A stretch of DNA of 64,000 nucleotides from Candidatus Latescibacterota bacterium. Lineage in GTDB: Bacteria > Latescibacterota > UBA2968 > UBA8231. This document shows, in pieces, positions 43,634 through 55,112 of the stretch. The translations under genes and the position numbers were made by a program. A model generated the notes under the pieces. The model saw nothing but the letters and a program-made list of their open reading frames with translations, did no database searches and had not been told where the DNA came from. The stretch is taken from contig OZ242214.1 in the NCBI GenBank assembly GCA_965206595.1, forward strand, positions 3,232,001-3,296,000. Reading direction: 5' to 3'. Every line of letters begins with the position of its first letter. Positions within the stretch are counted from its first letter, which is position 1.

Positions 43634-46511
43634 ATGAAACGAACCGTTCTCCCCTTGCTCGTTTTGGGTTTTCTGGCCGGTGGCCTTCCTGCGCAGGCTT
43701 CCCCTCCGCCTGCCGACAACCCGCATTTCTGCTGGCCGCTCGATATCCAGTCGGGGCCGTTCGAGGTGCCCGCCCCCGCCGCCAAGCCGCAGGCGGACCT
43801 CAACGTCGGCGAACCCCGCACCGTGCGGATGATCTACTTCCTACCCAACGACGGTGTATTCCGTCAGGAGCAGGTCGATGCGCTAAAGGCCACCATTGGA
43901 AAAGTTCAGAGCTTTTTCGTCGACCAGATGGAGGCGCACGGCCACGGCAAGCGCACCTTGCGCATTGAAACCGACGCCGAGGGTGAGCCGCTGGTGCATC
44001 GGGTGGTTGGGCAACACCCCGACAGCCACTATCTGGAAGACACCCAGGTTGCGTACCGCGAGATCGAGCAGTTCTTCGACCTCAACGAGAATGTCTACCT
44101 GATTTTGGCTGATCTCAGCACCTCAAACATCGGCCTGGGCAATGGTCGGACTGCGGCAGGAATCGGCTGGGGGTACAAGAAGGGGGGTCAGGCGCTGGTC
44201 TCGCCGCCGGTGTATTTCCAACTCATTGCCCACGAACTCGGCCATGCCTTCGGCTTGCACCACGACTTCCGCGATAGGGCCTACATCATGTCCTATGGCC
44301 CCGGGCGGGGCCAGTTGTCCGCCTGCGCGGCCGAATTCCTGGCCGTGCATCCCTATTTCAATCCGGACAGTCTCCTCGAAATCGATTGGGAGGGGGCGCC
44401 GACCGTCGAGCTGGTTTCGCCGCGCACCTTTGGGGGGGACGCAACAAGTGTCCCCGTCCGCGTCAACGTTTCGGATTCGGATGGGGTTCGCCACGTGACG
44501 ATGGTCCAGACCAGTGTGTGGCTGCCGGCGAGGGAAATTTTGGGGTGTCGTGGGTTGGACGGCCAGAGCCATGCCGCCGTTGAATTCGAGTATGACGGCT
44601 CGCAACCCTCCAGGCCTTCCTTACGTCTCTTCGATAGGGCTATCCACCAGATTTTGGTCCGGGCCGTCGATGCGGGGGGAAACTGGGGCTGGAAGACTTT
44701 CCAGCTTTTGGATACCTCCCACTTGATTGCCGCTCTTGCAGATCAGGCGTTTAAGGTCGAGACGGTGTCGTTTTCTCCCGATGGGGCCACTTTGGCGTCG
44801 GGAGGCGATTTGGACGAACGGGTCAGGGTGTGGGATGTAGAGACCGGAAGCGTGACCGCCACTCTCGACGTGGGGAATGAGGGGGTTGGGGTCAAGGCCG
44901 TGTCGTTTTCTCCTGACGGCTCCCTGCTGGCTTCCGGGTCGTACTTCACCCTCGACTTGTGGGACGTAGAGACGGGGAGACGGATCTTCGTCCTGGACGA
45001 TGGGAAAACTCTAACCATTTCCGTGTCGTTTTCTCCCAATGGTTCCCTGCTGGCTTCCGGGACGCGATTTGGCACGGTCAAGCTGTGGGACGTGGAAACC
45101 CGAGAACGAGTCGGGACGCTGGAAGGGCATAGTGAAGTCACGGCGCTGTCGTTTTCTCCCGATGGTTCCCTCCTGGCCTCGGCCGGGGGGTGGGACGACG
45201 GCACGGTCAAGCTGTGGGACGTGGAAACCCGAGAAGTACGGCGGCCCTCTCCCCGGTGCGACCGTCACCTTTGCGGTCACCGCCGGCGAGGGGAGCCTCA
45301 CGGCCACCACGGCCACCACCGATGAAAACGGCCGCGCCACTACCCTCTTGACCCTGGGAAAGGACCCGGTAAGGAATACCGTTACGGCAAGAGTCGCCCA
45401 GGTGAAACCGGTGATCTTCGGGGCCACCGGGAGGGCGATTCCCAAGGCCTTGACCAAGCTCTCCGGCGATGAACAGGAAGGCCCGGCCGGAACGGCGTTG
45501 CCCGAGCCATTCGTCGTCGAGGTTCGGGACCAGAACAACCACCCCCTCGAAGGGGTCCCCGTCGCGTTTTCGGTCACTTCGGGTGAAGGCACCCTCTCGG
45601 CGGCAAACGACACCACCGATGCGGCCGGCCGCGCCGAGGCCACCCTGTCGCTGGGAAGCCAGCCAGGAACCATCACCGTCCTGGCAAAGGCCGACGAGTT
45701 ATTTCAGGCCACCTTTATCGCCTTCGGGGTTGCCGTCCCCCAAAGCCTGGCCAAGCTCTCCGGCGACGGGCAGCAGGGAGACCCCGGCGCTTCGCTGGCC
45801 GAGCCGTTTGTGGTTTCGGTCCTGGATCAGACCGGGGCGGCGTTTTCCGGGGCCACCGTTGCCTTCGCGGTCACCGCCGGCGACGGGACCCTCTCGGCAA
45901 CCACGGCCACCACCGATGCCAACGGCCGCGCCTCCACCACTTTGACTCTGGGCCTGTCCGGGGCCAGCACCGTCACCGTATCCGTTGCCGGCCTCGAGCC
46001 TGCCATCTTCACCGCCAGCGCCAAGGCAACCCCCGACTTCGACGGCGACGGTGAGACCGGCTTCTCCGACTTCTTCCTGTTCGCAGACGCCTTCGGCGGC
46101 AGCGACCCCCGCTTCGACCTCGACGGCAGCGGCAGTGTCGACTTCGGCGACTTCTTCCTTCTGGCCGACCACTTCGGGGATCCCGCCCGCGGCAAGCTAC
46201 TCGCCCTGGCCCGGGAAATGATCGGACTTCCCGACGGCCCCCAACTGCAGCAGAACGTCCCCAACCCCTTCAACAGCCAGACCGTCATCTCCTGGTTCCT
46301 GCTGCGGCCGGGTCCGGCGCGAGTAGAAGTGTTTTCCCTGATGGGTCAGCGGGTGGCCGTGCTGCACCAGGGGGCAAAGAAGGCCGGGGGCCACCGCGTG
46401 CACTGGGACGGGCGCGACGACGGGGGCCGTCCCCTGGCCAGCGGCGTATACTTCTACCGACTGGTCACTGACGAGAGCGTTCCGACGCGCAAGCTAACTC
46501 TTCTGCGGTGA
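43634..46511 (+). pseudogene. Zn-metalloprotease-WD40-Big_1-EF-hand-FlgD-Ig secreted protein, out-of-frame junction near 45238
   Basis: HELGHAFGLHH; SFSPDG.LLASG...LWDVET repeats; VTFAVTAG.G Ig repeats; DFDGDG..GFSDF; NVPNPFN...WDGRD...ASGVYFYRL. Confidence 0.82.
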
Positions 46512-46663
46512 TCCTGTTTCGGGCAAGACCACGACCCCGAGTGCCGGCCGTGGCCTGCTGGCCATAACCCGAAACCATATGATCCAAGACCTGACCTCGC
46601 TATCGGGTCGGCTTCGAACGGTTAGAATTCAGCGGGCTTGGAGGAAGAATTGCCGAGATAGGA

Positions 46664-47600
46664 CTATCCCCTGCCCAGCAGCTCCTCGACCTCGGCGCGC
46701 CGCGGCATCGAGTCCTGGACCCCGGGCCGAGTGACCGCCAGGGCCCCGGCCGCGGCGGCGAAGGTGACGGCGTCCCGCAGGTTCCGGCCCTCGGCGAGGG
46801 CGACGGCGAGGGCGCCGTGGAAGGCATCTCCAGCCGAGGTGGTGTCGACCGCCTCGACGGCAAAGGGAAGGGACGAACCCCTCCTCATCGCCGCTTCTGT
46901 AGTAAGCCCCCAGCTCCGCCATCTTTATCACCGCGGCAGGTGCCCCCCGTTGGAGAAGCAGGCCGGCGGCTCGAGCGGCCGACTCCACACTGTCGACGGC
47001 GACGCCGACCAAAAACTCCGCTTCCGTCTGGTTCGGCGCGACAATATCGAACGCCGCAAAAGCTTCCGCCGGGATGTCGGCAGCCGGGGCCGGGTCGAGG
47101 ATGACGCGGACGTTCCGGTCCCTGGCCGCCCGCGCCGCGCGCAGGGATACGTCGAGAGGGATCTCCATCTGCAACAGCAGGACGTCGGTGTCCGGCAGGG
47201 CGGCTTCGACCGCCCGCAGCTGTTCGCCGCCGCAGCGCAGGTTGGCGCCGTAGGTCGCCAGGACGCGGTTCTGGCCGCTGCCGTCGACGAGGATGACGCC
47301 GACCCCGGAGGCCGCCTCCGGATCGACGGAGACGGCGGCGGTGTCGACGCCGTGGGAACGCAGGGACTCGAGGAGGGCGGGGCCGAAGAGGTCGTCGCCG
47401 ACGCGGCCCACCATTTTGACGCGCGCTCCCTGGCGGGACGCGGCCACCGCCTGGGTCGCCCCCTTGCCGCCGGGGGAGCTGTAGAAGCGCTCGCCGCGCA
47501 GGGTCTGGCCAGGGGCCGGCAGGGTTCCGGCACGGGTGATCAGCCCCATGTTGATGCCGCCGAGGACGAGGACGCGGGGGGTGGTGGATGCGGCGGTCAA
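46664..47600 (-). CDS. rbsK: Ribokinase (PfkB family), frameshift near 46868
   Basis: PGGKGATQAVA, GRVGDDLFG, LLQMEIP, PNQTEA; AVDTTSAGDAFHGALA in the next frame. Confidence 0.8.
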
Positions 47601-47616
47601 GGGTTCTACAGCCCCC

Positions 47617-48855
47617 TTACCCGCAGATCACCGGATTCGGACGCGCGCTATACCCCCCCGGTTTGTAGGGAAACCGCTTCTCCAGGTCCGGGGCCAACTC
47701 CATGCCGAAACCGGGCCGGTCCGGCAGGTCCATGTAGCCGTCCACCACCACCAGCGGATCGGTGAAGATCTCGGTGCGCAGCGGGTCCCAGGTCTCGAAC
47801 TGCTCCAGCATCAGCGCATTCGGGCTGGCGGCCACGAGGGCGGCGTTGGCAAGAGTGCAGCTGCCGTCCCCCCAGTTGTGCGGGCAGAACGGCCTGCCGT
47901 GCGAGGCGGCCATGCGCACCACCCGCCAGGCTTCCATCAGCCCGATGCGGCCGGCGTCGGGCTGCGGCATCTCGATGGCGCCGCGGTCGACCCACTCCTT
48001 GAGCTCGTGGCTGTTCCAGCAGGACTCGCCCCCCGAGATCATCACCGTCGGCAGCGCCTCCTGCAGCCGCAGGTAGCGGTCGAAGGCGTCCTCTCCCTGG
48101 CGGCTCATCGGCTCCTCGAACCAGGTGAAGCGCAGCTCCTCGAGGACGGGTGCCAGCTGCAGGGCCTCCTCCAGCGACCAGGGGCGCAGCTCGAGGGCGA
48201 GGTCGAAGCCGTCCCCGACCGCGGCGCGCACGCGCTCGAGCCAGGGGATGAACTTGTCGACCGTCATGCCGCTGAACTCCCACTCGGTCCCGGGGCGGAA
48301 CTTGTAGGCGGTGAACCCCAGCTCCTTCATCGCCGCGGCCTCCTCGACCAGCTGCTCGGGGCGGTCGTACCAGGCGTACTTGACGCCGGCGCTGGCGTAC
48401 ACGCGCAGGCGCGTATTCGGCTCCGCGTCGACTGCGAGCAGGTCGTACACCGGCCGCCCGGTGAGCTTGCCGATGAGGTCGAAGAGGGCGGCATCGGCTC
48501 CGGCCCAGGCGCAGCGCCCGATGCTGGTGGCGCCGCCCCAGGCGAAGCGGTCGAAGTCGAAGGGGTTCGTCCCGATCAGGCTGGGGCCGACCACCTCCTC
48601 GAGGTATTTCTTGACCGGCAGGCAGCACCCGCCCCCGCTGTAGCGGCTGGCGCCGCCGAGGCCGACCACTCCCTGGTCGGTGTGGATGCGGACGATGATG
48701 GAGTCGGACTTCCACCAGATGTTGCGGACCACGAGAAGCTGCTCCTCGGGCGGGTACTCGCAGGTGAGCAGGGTGACCTCGAGTCCGGTGATGGCCACGT
48801 TCTGGCGCTCGATCCCCTCGAGCGGGTGCAGGCGGTTTCGCTGGGGCTGGTTCAT
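47617..48855 (-). CDS. Mandelate racemase/muconate lactonizing enzyme family protein
   Basis: DAALFDLIGK..G.PVY.LL, YKFR, WFEEP, SGGE, QPDAGRIG, PHN, P.RPGFG. Confidence 0.88.
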   Translation of the reverse strand: MNQPQRNRLHPLEGIERQNVAITGLEVTLLTCEYPPEEQLLVVRNIWWKSDSIIVRIHTDQGVVGLGGASRYSGGGCCLPVKKYLEEVVGPSLIGTNPFDFDRFAWGGATSIGRCAWAGADAALFDLIGKLTGRPVYDLLAVDAEPNTRLRVYASAGVKYAWYDRPEQLVEEAAAMKELGFTAYKFRPGTEWEFSGMTVDKFIPWLERVRAAVGDGFDLALELRPWSLEEALQLAPVLEELRFTWFEEPMSRQGEDAFDRYLRLQEALPTVMISGGESCWNSHELKEWVDRGAIEMPQPDAGRIGLMEAWRVVRMAASHGRPFCPHNWGDGSCTLANAALVAASPNALMLEQFETWDPLRTEIFTDPLVVVDGYMDLPDRPGFGMELAPDLEKRFPYKPGGYSARPNPVICG

Positions 48856-49101
48856 GGCTCGGCTTTCGCTGGGGTTGTCAGGATCGGCAGAATCAAACAG
48901 GAAAGCCGCGGGCAACAAAGTTTTCACCCGGGACCTGCAGGGACGGGAGTGCGGGCCGCGAAGGCTACAAATGCGTTACGGCAGCCACGCATTGCCGGAT
49001 CATTGCCGAACTTTAGTGGCGATGACGAACACGCGAACGGACGCGAGCTACGCTACGAGGGAGGGTGAGGGCTGCTATTCTGGATGCCGCGGCGCGGCTC
49101 G

Positions 49102-49320
49102 CTATGGCTGCCGCTCAACTCGACAAAGATCCGCCGCATAGCGGACCGCGGCTTGGACGGATTCGCGGGTGATCGACGGGTAGCTGCTTGTGATTTTCTC
49201 CGGGTTCAAATCTGCCGCGAGGTTGTCGAGAACCGTGGACACCAGCACGCGGGTGCCCGTGATGCAGGCCTTTCCATGGCAGACTTCCGGGTCGACGGTT
49301 ATGTAGTCCCGCCAGTTCAT
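49102..49320 (-). CDS. DUF433-domain protein (antitoxin-like)
   Basis: [21 protein letters not shown]...YPSITRE...AAVRYAA; ATGA overlap with hsdR. Confidence 0.88.
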   Translation of the reverse strand: MNWRDYITVDPEVCHGKACITGTRVLVSTVLDNLAADLNPEKITSSYPSITRESVQAAVRYAADLCRVERQP

Positions 49321-52300
49321 GGCTCCCCGAGCACTTCCAGGAACTCGGCAATCACTTGAAGGTCTCCTTCATCCGTACCGGTCAGGACGATAGGCTCAAA
49401 GTCCGGGTTTACGGGCTTCAAAGTGATTTTCGAATGACGCCACGAATCCCCTTCCACTACCCTTTCACTTTCGTAACGCTTGACGGTGTAACGCTGGCTG
49501 GTCTCAGGATCGATTTGGTCTCGGAGCTCGACGAGGACGGTCTTGCCCTGCCGGCTTCCTTCAACCGGGGCGCGGAAGAGACACCAGGAACCGTCCGGGA
49601 TCGCAGGCTCCATGGACCTGCCGACGACCTGGGCGGCGAACATCCCTCGTCTCAACTGGTGCCGTGATTCCACGGCCACCCACTCGAAACCATCCTCCTC
49701 GATGTGCCGGGGCTCACCAAATGCCCCCGCTGCGGCCTTGAGCGGAACGAGCGGCACACAGCTCACGTAACGCTCCTCTGAACGGCCTTCCACCACGCGC
49801 AGTCCCGCCGGGAAGGCCTGCTCCGTGGGCAGTTCGTCCGATGCGGCCTGATCGGTCCGCAGCCTTCGATAAGCTTCGGAAGCCATCCAACTGGTGACGA
49901 TCCGCTGGAAGGAGGAGTCGTTCATGTAGCGGACGAAGATCTCCTCGTTCTGGTCCATGCGTTCGACGAAGATCCGCTCCAGAAGATTCCTGAACACCAG
50001 CTCGAATTTGTCCTCCGGGTTCACCGCGGCTGCCTGACGCAGTCCGTCGTCGCTCATCGCCGCCTCGACGATCTGGTCGAAGAAGAGCTGGTCCGCCTGG
50101 TTGAAGTCGGTACCGAAGCGCTCGTTGACAACGTCAATAAGCTGAGAAAGCGGCAACGCCTCCTCGTGTGCAGCGCCGCTGCCGACCTCGGTTGGCCCAT
50201 CCAGAGCGTGCGTGTCCCCCCCGGCGAGGGAGATCGAACCCTCACTGATCTTCTGCAGGCGGTAGTACTCGAGCCGGACCTCGTCATCGAACTGATAGGC
50301 GGGACCGCTCCGGCGCCGTGGCAGCTTGGCCGCCAGATGGCGCAGGAACACGTACAGGCGCTCGAGGTCCGAATCCTGGTACGGGATGATCTGACTCAGG
50401 AAGCCGTACAGGTTGCGGAACGCCTGAGCCTTTCCGCGCCAGAGCTCCGCTTGGTTCTCGTCCTCTCTCTGTAGATCCTCGAAACGGGAAACCGCCGGAT
50501 CGAGAGCTGCGTTCATCGTCTGGTGGTCCTGAGTGCTTTGCCGTTGCTTCGGCTTGAAGTACACGGCACAGAACCGCTCGACCTCTTCATCGAGATAGAT
50601 CCCTGAAGCGTCGAGCTCACCCTTGACCGCGTACATGCGGGCGGGATCCACTTCTTCCCCCATCTCCGTCCCTTCGTAGTAGACCTTGAACGCTTCGCGG
50701 ATCTCTTCGGGGTCGTTTACGAAGTCGAGGACGAAGGTGTCTTCCTTGAGGGGGTGGGTGCGGTTGAGTCGCGACAGCGTCTGCACCGCCTGGATGCCGG
50801 CAAGCCGCTTGTCCACGTACATCGTGTGCAGAAGCGGCTGATCGAACCCGGTCTGGTATTTCTCCGCGACGAGCAGCACCTGGTACTCCTGCGTCGCGAA
50901 CTTTTCCGGAAGCTCTTTCTGCCGAATCCCGGCGTTCATCTTTTCTTCGGTGTACTCAACGTCCGGAAGCTTGTCGTCCTGAACCGTTCCCGAGAAGGCG
51001 ACCAGGGTTTTGATGGCGTATCCCTTCTCCTGGATGTAGCGATCAAAGCTCTGCTTGTAGCGCACGGCCTCCAGACGGGAACCGGTGACGACCATGGCTT
51101 TCGCGCGTCCGCCGATCTTGTGCCGGGTGAATGCCTGGAAGTGCTCGACCATCACCTCGGTTTTCTGCGCGATGTTGTGGGGATGCAGGCGCAGAAAGCG
51201 CGCCAGCGCGCGGGCTGCGTTCTTCCGCTCGACGTTGGGATCGTCTTCGCAGGCCTTTAACAGTTTGAAGTAGGTCGCGTACGTGGTGTAGTGCTTGAGC
51301 ACGTCGAGGATGAACTCTTCCTCTATCGCCTGCCGCATGGTGTAGCGGTGGATCGGTTCCCCGCCCCGGCCGAACACCGCCAGCGTCTTGTGTTTGGGCG
51401 TGGCGGTGAAAGCGAAGAAACTCAGGTTCGCCTGCCGTCCGCGTTTGGCCATGCTGCGGAACAGCGCCTCCTGGTCCTTGAGGCCTTCTTCCTGTGCGCG
51501 TTTACGAGCCTCTTCTTGCAGGTCTTCACCGCCGAGGACTTCCTTGAGATCCGTCGCCGTCTCCCCTCCCTGCGAGCTGTGGGCTTCGTCCACTATGACG
51601 GCGCAGCGTTTAGTGGGAAGTACACCTGTACTCTCAACGCCCTGCTCCTTGGCCATCTTGAGTAAATGCCGGGAAACAAATGGGAACTTCTGCAGCGTAG
51701 TGATGATAATCGGGACGGCGTTTTCCAAGGCTTCAGCGAGCTGTCGGGATCGCTCGTCGATCTTCTGCACGACCCCGAGCTTGTGCTCGAACTGGTAGAT
51801 CGTGTCCTGCAGTTGCTGGTCCAGCACAACCCGGTCAGTCACCACGATCACGCTGTCGAAGACGCGCTCGTTCGCCTCGTCGTGCAGGGAAGCGAGTCGG
51901 TGCGCCAGCCAGCCGATCGTGTTGCTCTTGCCGCTGCCGGCCGAATGCTCGACGAGGTAGTTGTTGCCGACCCCCTCGCGACGAGCCTTCTCCACCAGCA
52001 GACGGACGGCGTCGAGCTGGTGGTAGCGCGGGAAGATCATCGACTCGACCTTCACCTTGCGGCCATGATCATCCCGTTTCTCCTCGATTTGCAGATGGAC
52101 GAACCGGGCGAGCACATCGAGCAGGCTGTCCCGGGTGAGTACTTCCTCCCAGAGGTAGGCGGTCCGGTAGCTGCGGCCGTTCGGATCGGGCGGGTTTCCG
52201 GCCCCTCCGTCACTTCCCTTGTCCAAGGGCAGGAAGTGGGTCGCGTCGCCAGCAAGCCGCGTGGTCATGCGCACGCACTCGGTGTCGACGGCGAAGTGAA

Positions 52301-52859
52301 CGAGCGTACGTCGTTTGAACTCGAAGATCGGCTCGCGGGGATCGCGGTCGCGCCGGTACTGGTGGATCGCATCCTCCACCGTCTGCCCGGTGAGCGGGTT
52401 CTTCAGCTCAACCGTGGCGACGGGGATACCGTTCAGGCTCACTGTCAGGTCAAGCGACTTCTCCGAACGGGATGAGAAACGAAGCTGTCGCGTAAGCCCG
52501 AGCTGGTTGGCAACGTAGCGGGCTTCGAGCTCGGGGTTCAATTCATGGGCGGCTTTGAAGAACGCCACGTGAAGCGTCCGGCCGTAGCACTTGAAGCCGT
52601 GCCGAAGAGTTGCCAGCGAGCCGTTGGCGTCCATCCACTTGCACAGGTCCGTGAGAATCTGCTCGCCGGTTTGGACGCCGTGGAGCGCTTCCAGCTTTGC
52701 CCATTGCACGGGCTGGGTCTCGCGGATGAAAGCGAGGACGGTGTCGGGGAAAATTGCGTGGTCGCGGTCGAAGCCCTCTCCTGGGACGGGGACGTATCCG
52801 TTCCGAAGCAGGTGCGCTTCGATTACGGTCTCGAAGGCGGCTTCACTGGTTTGGCTCAT
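49317..52859 (-). CDS. hsdR: Type I restriction endonuclease R subunit with C-terminal LexA-like S24 peptidase
   Basis: LDL...[45 protein letters not shown]; tail [10 protein letters not shown]...VVGRSMEP...TVKRY. Confidence 0.93.
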   Translation of the reverse strand: MSQTSEAAFETVIEAHLLRNGYVPVPGEGFDRDHAIFPDTVLAFIRETQPVQWAKLEALHGVQTGEQILTDLCKWMDANGSLATLRHGFKCYGRTLHVAFFKAAHELNPELEARYVANQLGLTRQLRFSSRSEKSLDLTVSLNGIPVATVELKNPLTGQTVEDAIHQYRRDRDPREPIFEFKRRTLVHFAVDTECVRMTTRLAGDATHFLPLDKGSDGGAGNPPDPNGRSYRTAYLWEEVLTRDSLLDVLARFVHLQIEEKRDDHGRKVKVESMIFPRYHQLDAVRLLVEKARREGVGNNYLVEHSAGSGKSNTIGWLAHRLASLHDEANERVFDSVIVVTDRVVLDQQLQDTIYQFEHKLGVVQKIDERSRQLAEALENAVPIIITTLQKFPFVSRHLLKMAKEQGVESTGVLPTKRCAVIVDEAHSSQGGETATDLKEVLGGEDLQEEARKRAQEEGLKDQEALFRSMAKRGRQANLSFFAFTATPKHKTLAVFGRGGEPIHRYTMRQAIEEEFILDVLKHYTTYATYFKLLKACEDDPNVERKNAARALARFLRLHPHNIAQKTEVMVEHFQAFTRHKIGGRAKAMVVTGSRLEAVRYKQSFDRYIQEKGYAIKTLVAFSGTVQDDKLPDVEYTEEKMNAGIRQKELPEKFATQEYQVLLVAEKYQTGFDQPLLHTMYVDKRLAGIQAVQTLSRLNRTHPLKEDTFVLDFVNDPEEIREAFKVYYEGTEMGEEVDPARMYAVKGELDASGIYLDEEVERFCAVYFKPKQRQSTQDHQTMNAALDPAVSRFEDLQREDENQAELWRGKAQAFRNLYGFLSQIIPYQDSDLERLYVFLRHLAAKLPRRRSGPAYQFDDEVRLEYYRLQKISEGSISLAGGDTHALDGPTEVGSGAAHEEALPLSQLIDVVNERFGTDFNQADQLFFDQIVEAAMSDDGLRQAAAVNPEDKFELVFRNLLERIFVERMDQNEEIFVRYMNDSSFQRIVTSWMASEAYRRLRTDQAASDELPTEQAFPAGLRVVEGRSEERYVSCVPLVPLKAAAGAFGEPRHIEEDGFEWVAVESRHQLRRGMFAAQVVGRSMEPAIPDGSWCLFRAPVEGSRQGKTVLVELRDQIDPETSQRYTVKRYESERVVEGDSWRHSKITLKPVNPDFEPIVLTGTDEGDLQVIAEFLEVLGEP

Positions 52860-52905
52860 GGCGGGCCTTCTGTTACGAATCGCGCCCGTTTAGGCCGCAG
52901 CATCT

Positions 52906-53672
52906 TCACTTCAATTTCTCGCGATGTGTCTCGACCAGAAACTCCGCTACAGCACCCGCGGCATTCACCGCAAGGCTTGCATGTCGTGGTGATGGCCGAA
53001 TGGACAAACGTCCTCCCCTGCCGTGAGAATCGGAGAGTCGATTGCGCAATGTTCCGATACCGTTCACGAGGTTCATCACGCCACCGAGGATCGCCTTGAT
53101 CGGCTCCTCCGAATGCTGGCTTGGCGCGAGGTTCAACGCCTTTGCGGCCTTCGTATACAGCTTCGGCAAGTCGTCCCTGTCGGTATATTCCAGCGAGAGA
53201 TCGTCGAGAATGTGCTTGGTCACGGCTTCCAACAGTGTCCGGGCAAGAGTGATCGCACCTTCGGGGTCGCTCGTCCTGCGCGACAATGCCTTCGACCACA
53301 CCGCGTGAACGTGCTCGTGATCAAACAACTGAAGTGCATCGGACGTGGCCGAATCGGCAGGCGAGAGGTTTTGACCTTCCAGACGGTCAACAAGAGGAGT
53401 GAAAGCCGCACTAATGATCTGTCGGCGCTCCGCGTACGTTGCAGCCTCGTTCTTAATAAATTGCCAGAAAGCATCCAGACTTCGATAGGTACGAACAAAG
53501 CCGGGAAGCAAGCTCTTGATTTCGTTATCGTTCATGAACTCCCGGCGCAAGTGCACGTAAATGTCGTCAACAAGAGAACCACCTGTCGCCGCATCAACCA
53601 GAATACCTTCCATCATCCCATCATCTTGACTCGTTCAATGGTCGAGTCTGGCAGCTCGTTCTCGTTCACCAT
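52906..53672 (-). CDS. Abortive-infection family protein (AbiJ-like N-domain + Abi_C/HEPN); 8-bp duplication near start
   Basis: GAITLARTLLEAVTKHIL, DLPKLY, LRNRLSDSHG; ancestral start 53672, restart ATG at 53616. Confidence 0.82.
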
Positions 53673-53675
53673 TGT

Positions 53676-54147
53676 TCAACTCGCACCTTTCTGGTTTACA
53701 TAGATAAATTTGAACCATATATCGTCCAAGTGACCGAAGTCTGCATCTGTTGATAGGAGAACAGCCCCGCTTGCGTGAGCCGTCGCGGCTATCCAGAGAT
53801 CATTTTGTTTCATCGACACAGCCGGCGTTGGCGGCGGAGCATTTTGAGGAGAAAGCCACAGGCTTACCGTGGGTCCAGGCGTCAATCCGAGCGTACGCGT
53901 CCAATATCGTTCGTCTGCTGATGTCAAGCGTCGGCACCCCGTTGAGAACTTGCTCAAGGTGGGTTCTTCTGGTGCTGCCCCAACCATTCTTCTCCGCAAG
54001 CGCGAGAATTTCTCCTTGGCAGATAACGGAGGTAAAGACCATTGTTTCCGGATTTCCGAGATTGAATTCTGCGCGAGCCTGGATAGCCCACGGTGCTTCC
54101 CGGGTGAAACCGAGCAACAGGTTCGTGTCCAGGAGGAAACGTGTCAT
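53676..54147 (-). CDS. PIN-domain (VapC-like) toxin, frameshift near 53853
   Basis: FLLDTN, SVICQGE, then NDLWIAATA...LLSTDADFGHL in the adjacent frame. Confidence 0.85.
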
Positions 54148-54158
54148 AGCCAGATCGT

Positions 54159-55112
54159 TCAATCGAGCTGAGCCAGGAGGTCCTCGATCGGTTCATCGCC
54201 AGGCCACGCGCCCGCAAGCTCAATAGGGTCGAAGGCCCCGGCTTGCTTGCGTTGTACCGGGAATAGGTCATGCGATTTCTGAATCTCTACCGATGGCATT
54301 TCCTCGAAAACACTATCTCCTTCCAGCTGACTACTGATTCGGCGAGCCTCGATGAATCGCGGCTCGCCGTTGGCCTTGAAATGCACCATCCCCTCGACAG
54401 TAGCCTGCCTACCCCATAGAGAGCGCAAAGCCTCTACGCTCAATGATGCAGCGTCCAGCCGTCCAAAGAGTGTTGACTTCCGGCTCACTAAAAGGCGAAA
54501 GCGGCCGTTGCCGTGTTTGATCTCGTCGAGCCTGCCACTTACGACGAAAGACCTTGGGGCCGGGATGTCATTCAACCGCTCTTTGATGTATTCGCAAGTA
54601 CTGTCGTCCAGCACGAATCGTCCATGGGCCGTACTCTGAGGGATCATTTCATAGCGCACACCGGCAACTCCAGCCGCTTTCCCGAACTTGAGAATCGCCT
54701 CGAGAACCGAACTATCGAAATAGTCTCCAACTGGATCGTCGGTCTGGGTCTCGTTGACCGCTTGGGCGGCTAGATCAAGTGCCGTGTCGTTCAGGCTGGG
54801 CTGCATGCTCCATGAGTCTGCTTGGGTAAACTGTTCGCAGGCAGTCTCACTAAGCTGGGGAGCTTCCACGTCAAAAATCGTGGATCCGGATTTCAATCCG
54901 GTTACCGTGAAGTCTATGGTGGAGTCCAGCCAGTGAGGTCTCGCCCCCTTCCCGCTACCCGCGCCAGTAGCGAGCAAGCGGGTGGTCCGCTCTGCCGTCG
55001 TGAGGAGGGCGTCCAGAACACGCCGGAGAGTCGCCATCTTGATCTGACCTCCGTTTTCTCTCAGACCGCTGACGCAGAGTTGGTAGCGTTGTGTTTTCAT
55101 GGCAGGGCTCAC
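54159..55112 (-). CDS. Large putative antitoxin (GST-motif domain + OB-like domain + WPGDE tail)
   Basis: Directly upstream of PIN gene; acidic tail AGAWPGDEPIEDLLAQLD; aligns by eye with 56804-57931. Confidence 0.6.
   Translation of the reverse strand: MSPAMKTQRYQLCVSGLRENGGQIKMATLRRVLDALLTTAERTTRLLATGAGSGKGARPHWLDSTIDFTVTGLKSGSTIFDVEAPQLSETACEQFTQADSWSMQPSLNDTALDLAAQAVNETQTDDPVGDYFDSSVLEAILKFGKAAGVAGVRYEMIPQSTAHGRFVLDDSTCEYIKERLNDIPAPRSFVVSGRLDEIKHGNGRFRLLVSRKSTLFGRLDAASLSVEALRSLWGRQATVEGMVHFKANGEPRFIEARRISSQLEGDSVFEEMPSVEIQKSHDLFPVQRKQAGAFDPIELAGAWPGDEPIEDLLAQLD

Noticed and set aside
47536-49068. 510-aa plus-strand ORF
   Set aside because: Antisense to the enolase-superfamily gene; no motifs.
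52856-52903. 15-codon ORF ([15 protein letters not shown]) overlapping the hsdR start
   Set aside because: Too short and, unlike 56311-56430, no similarity to an hsd gene tail.
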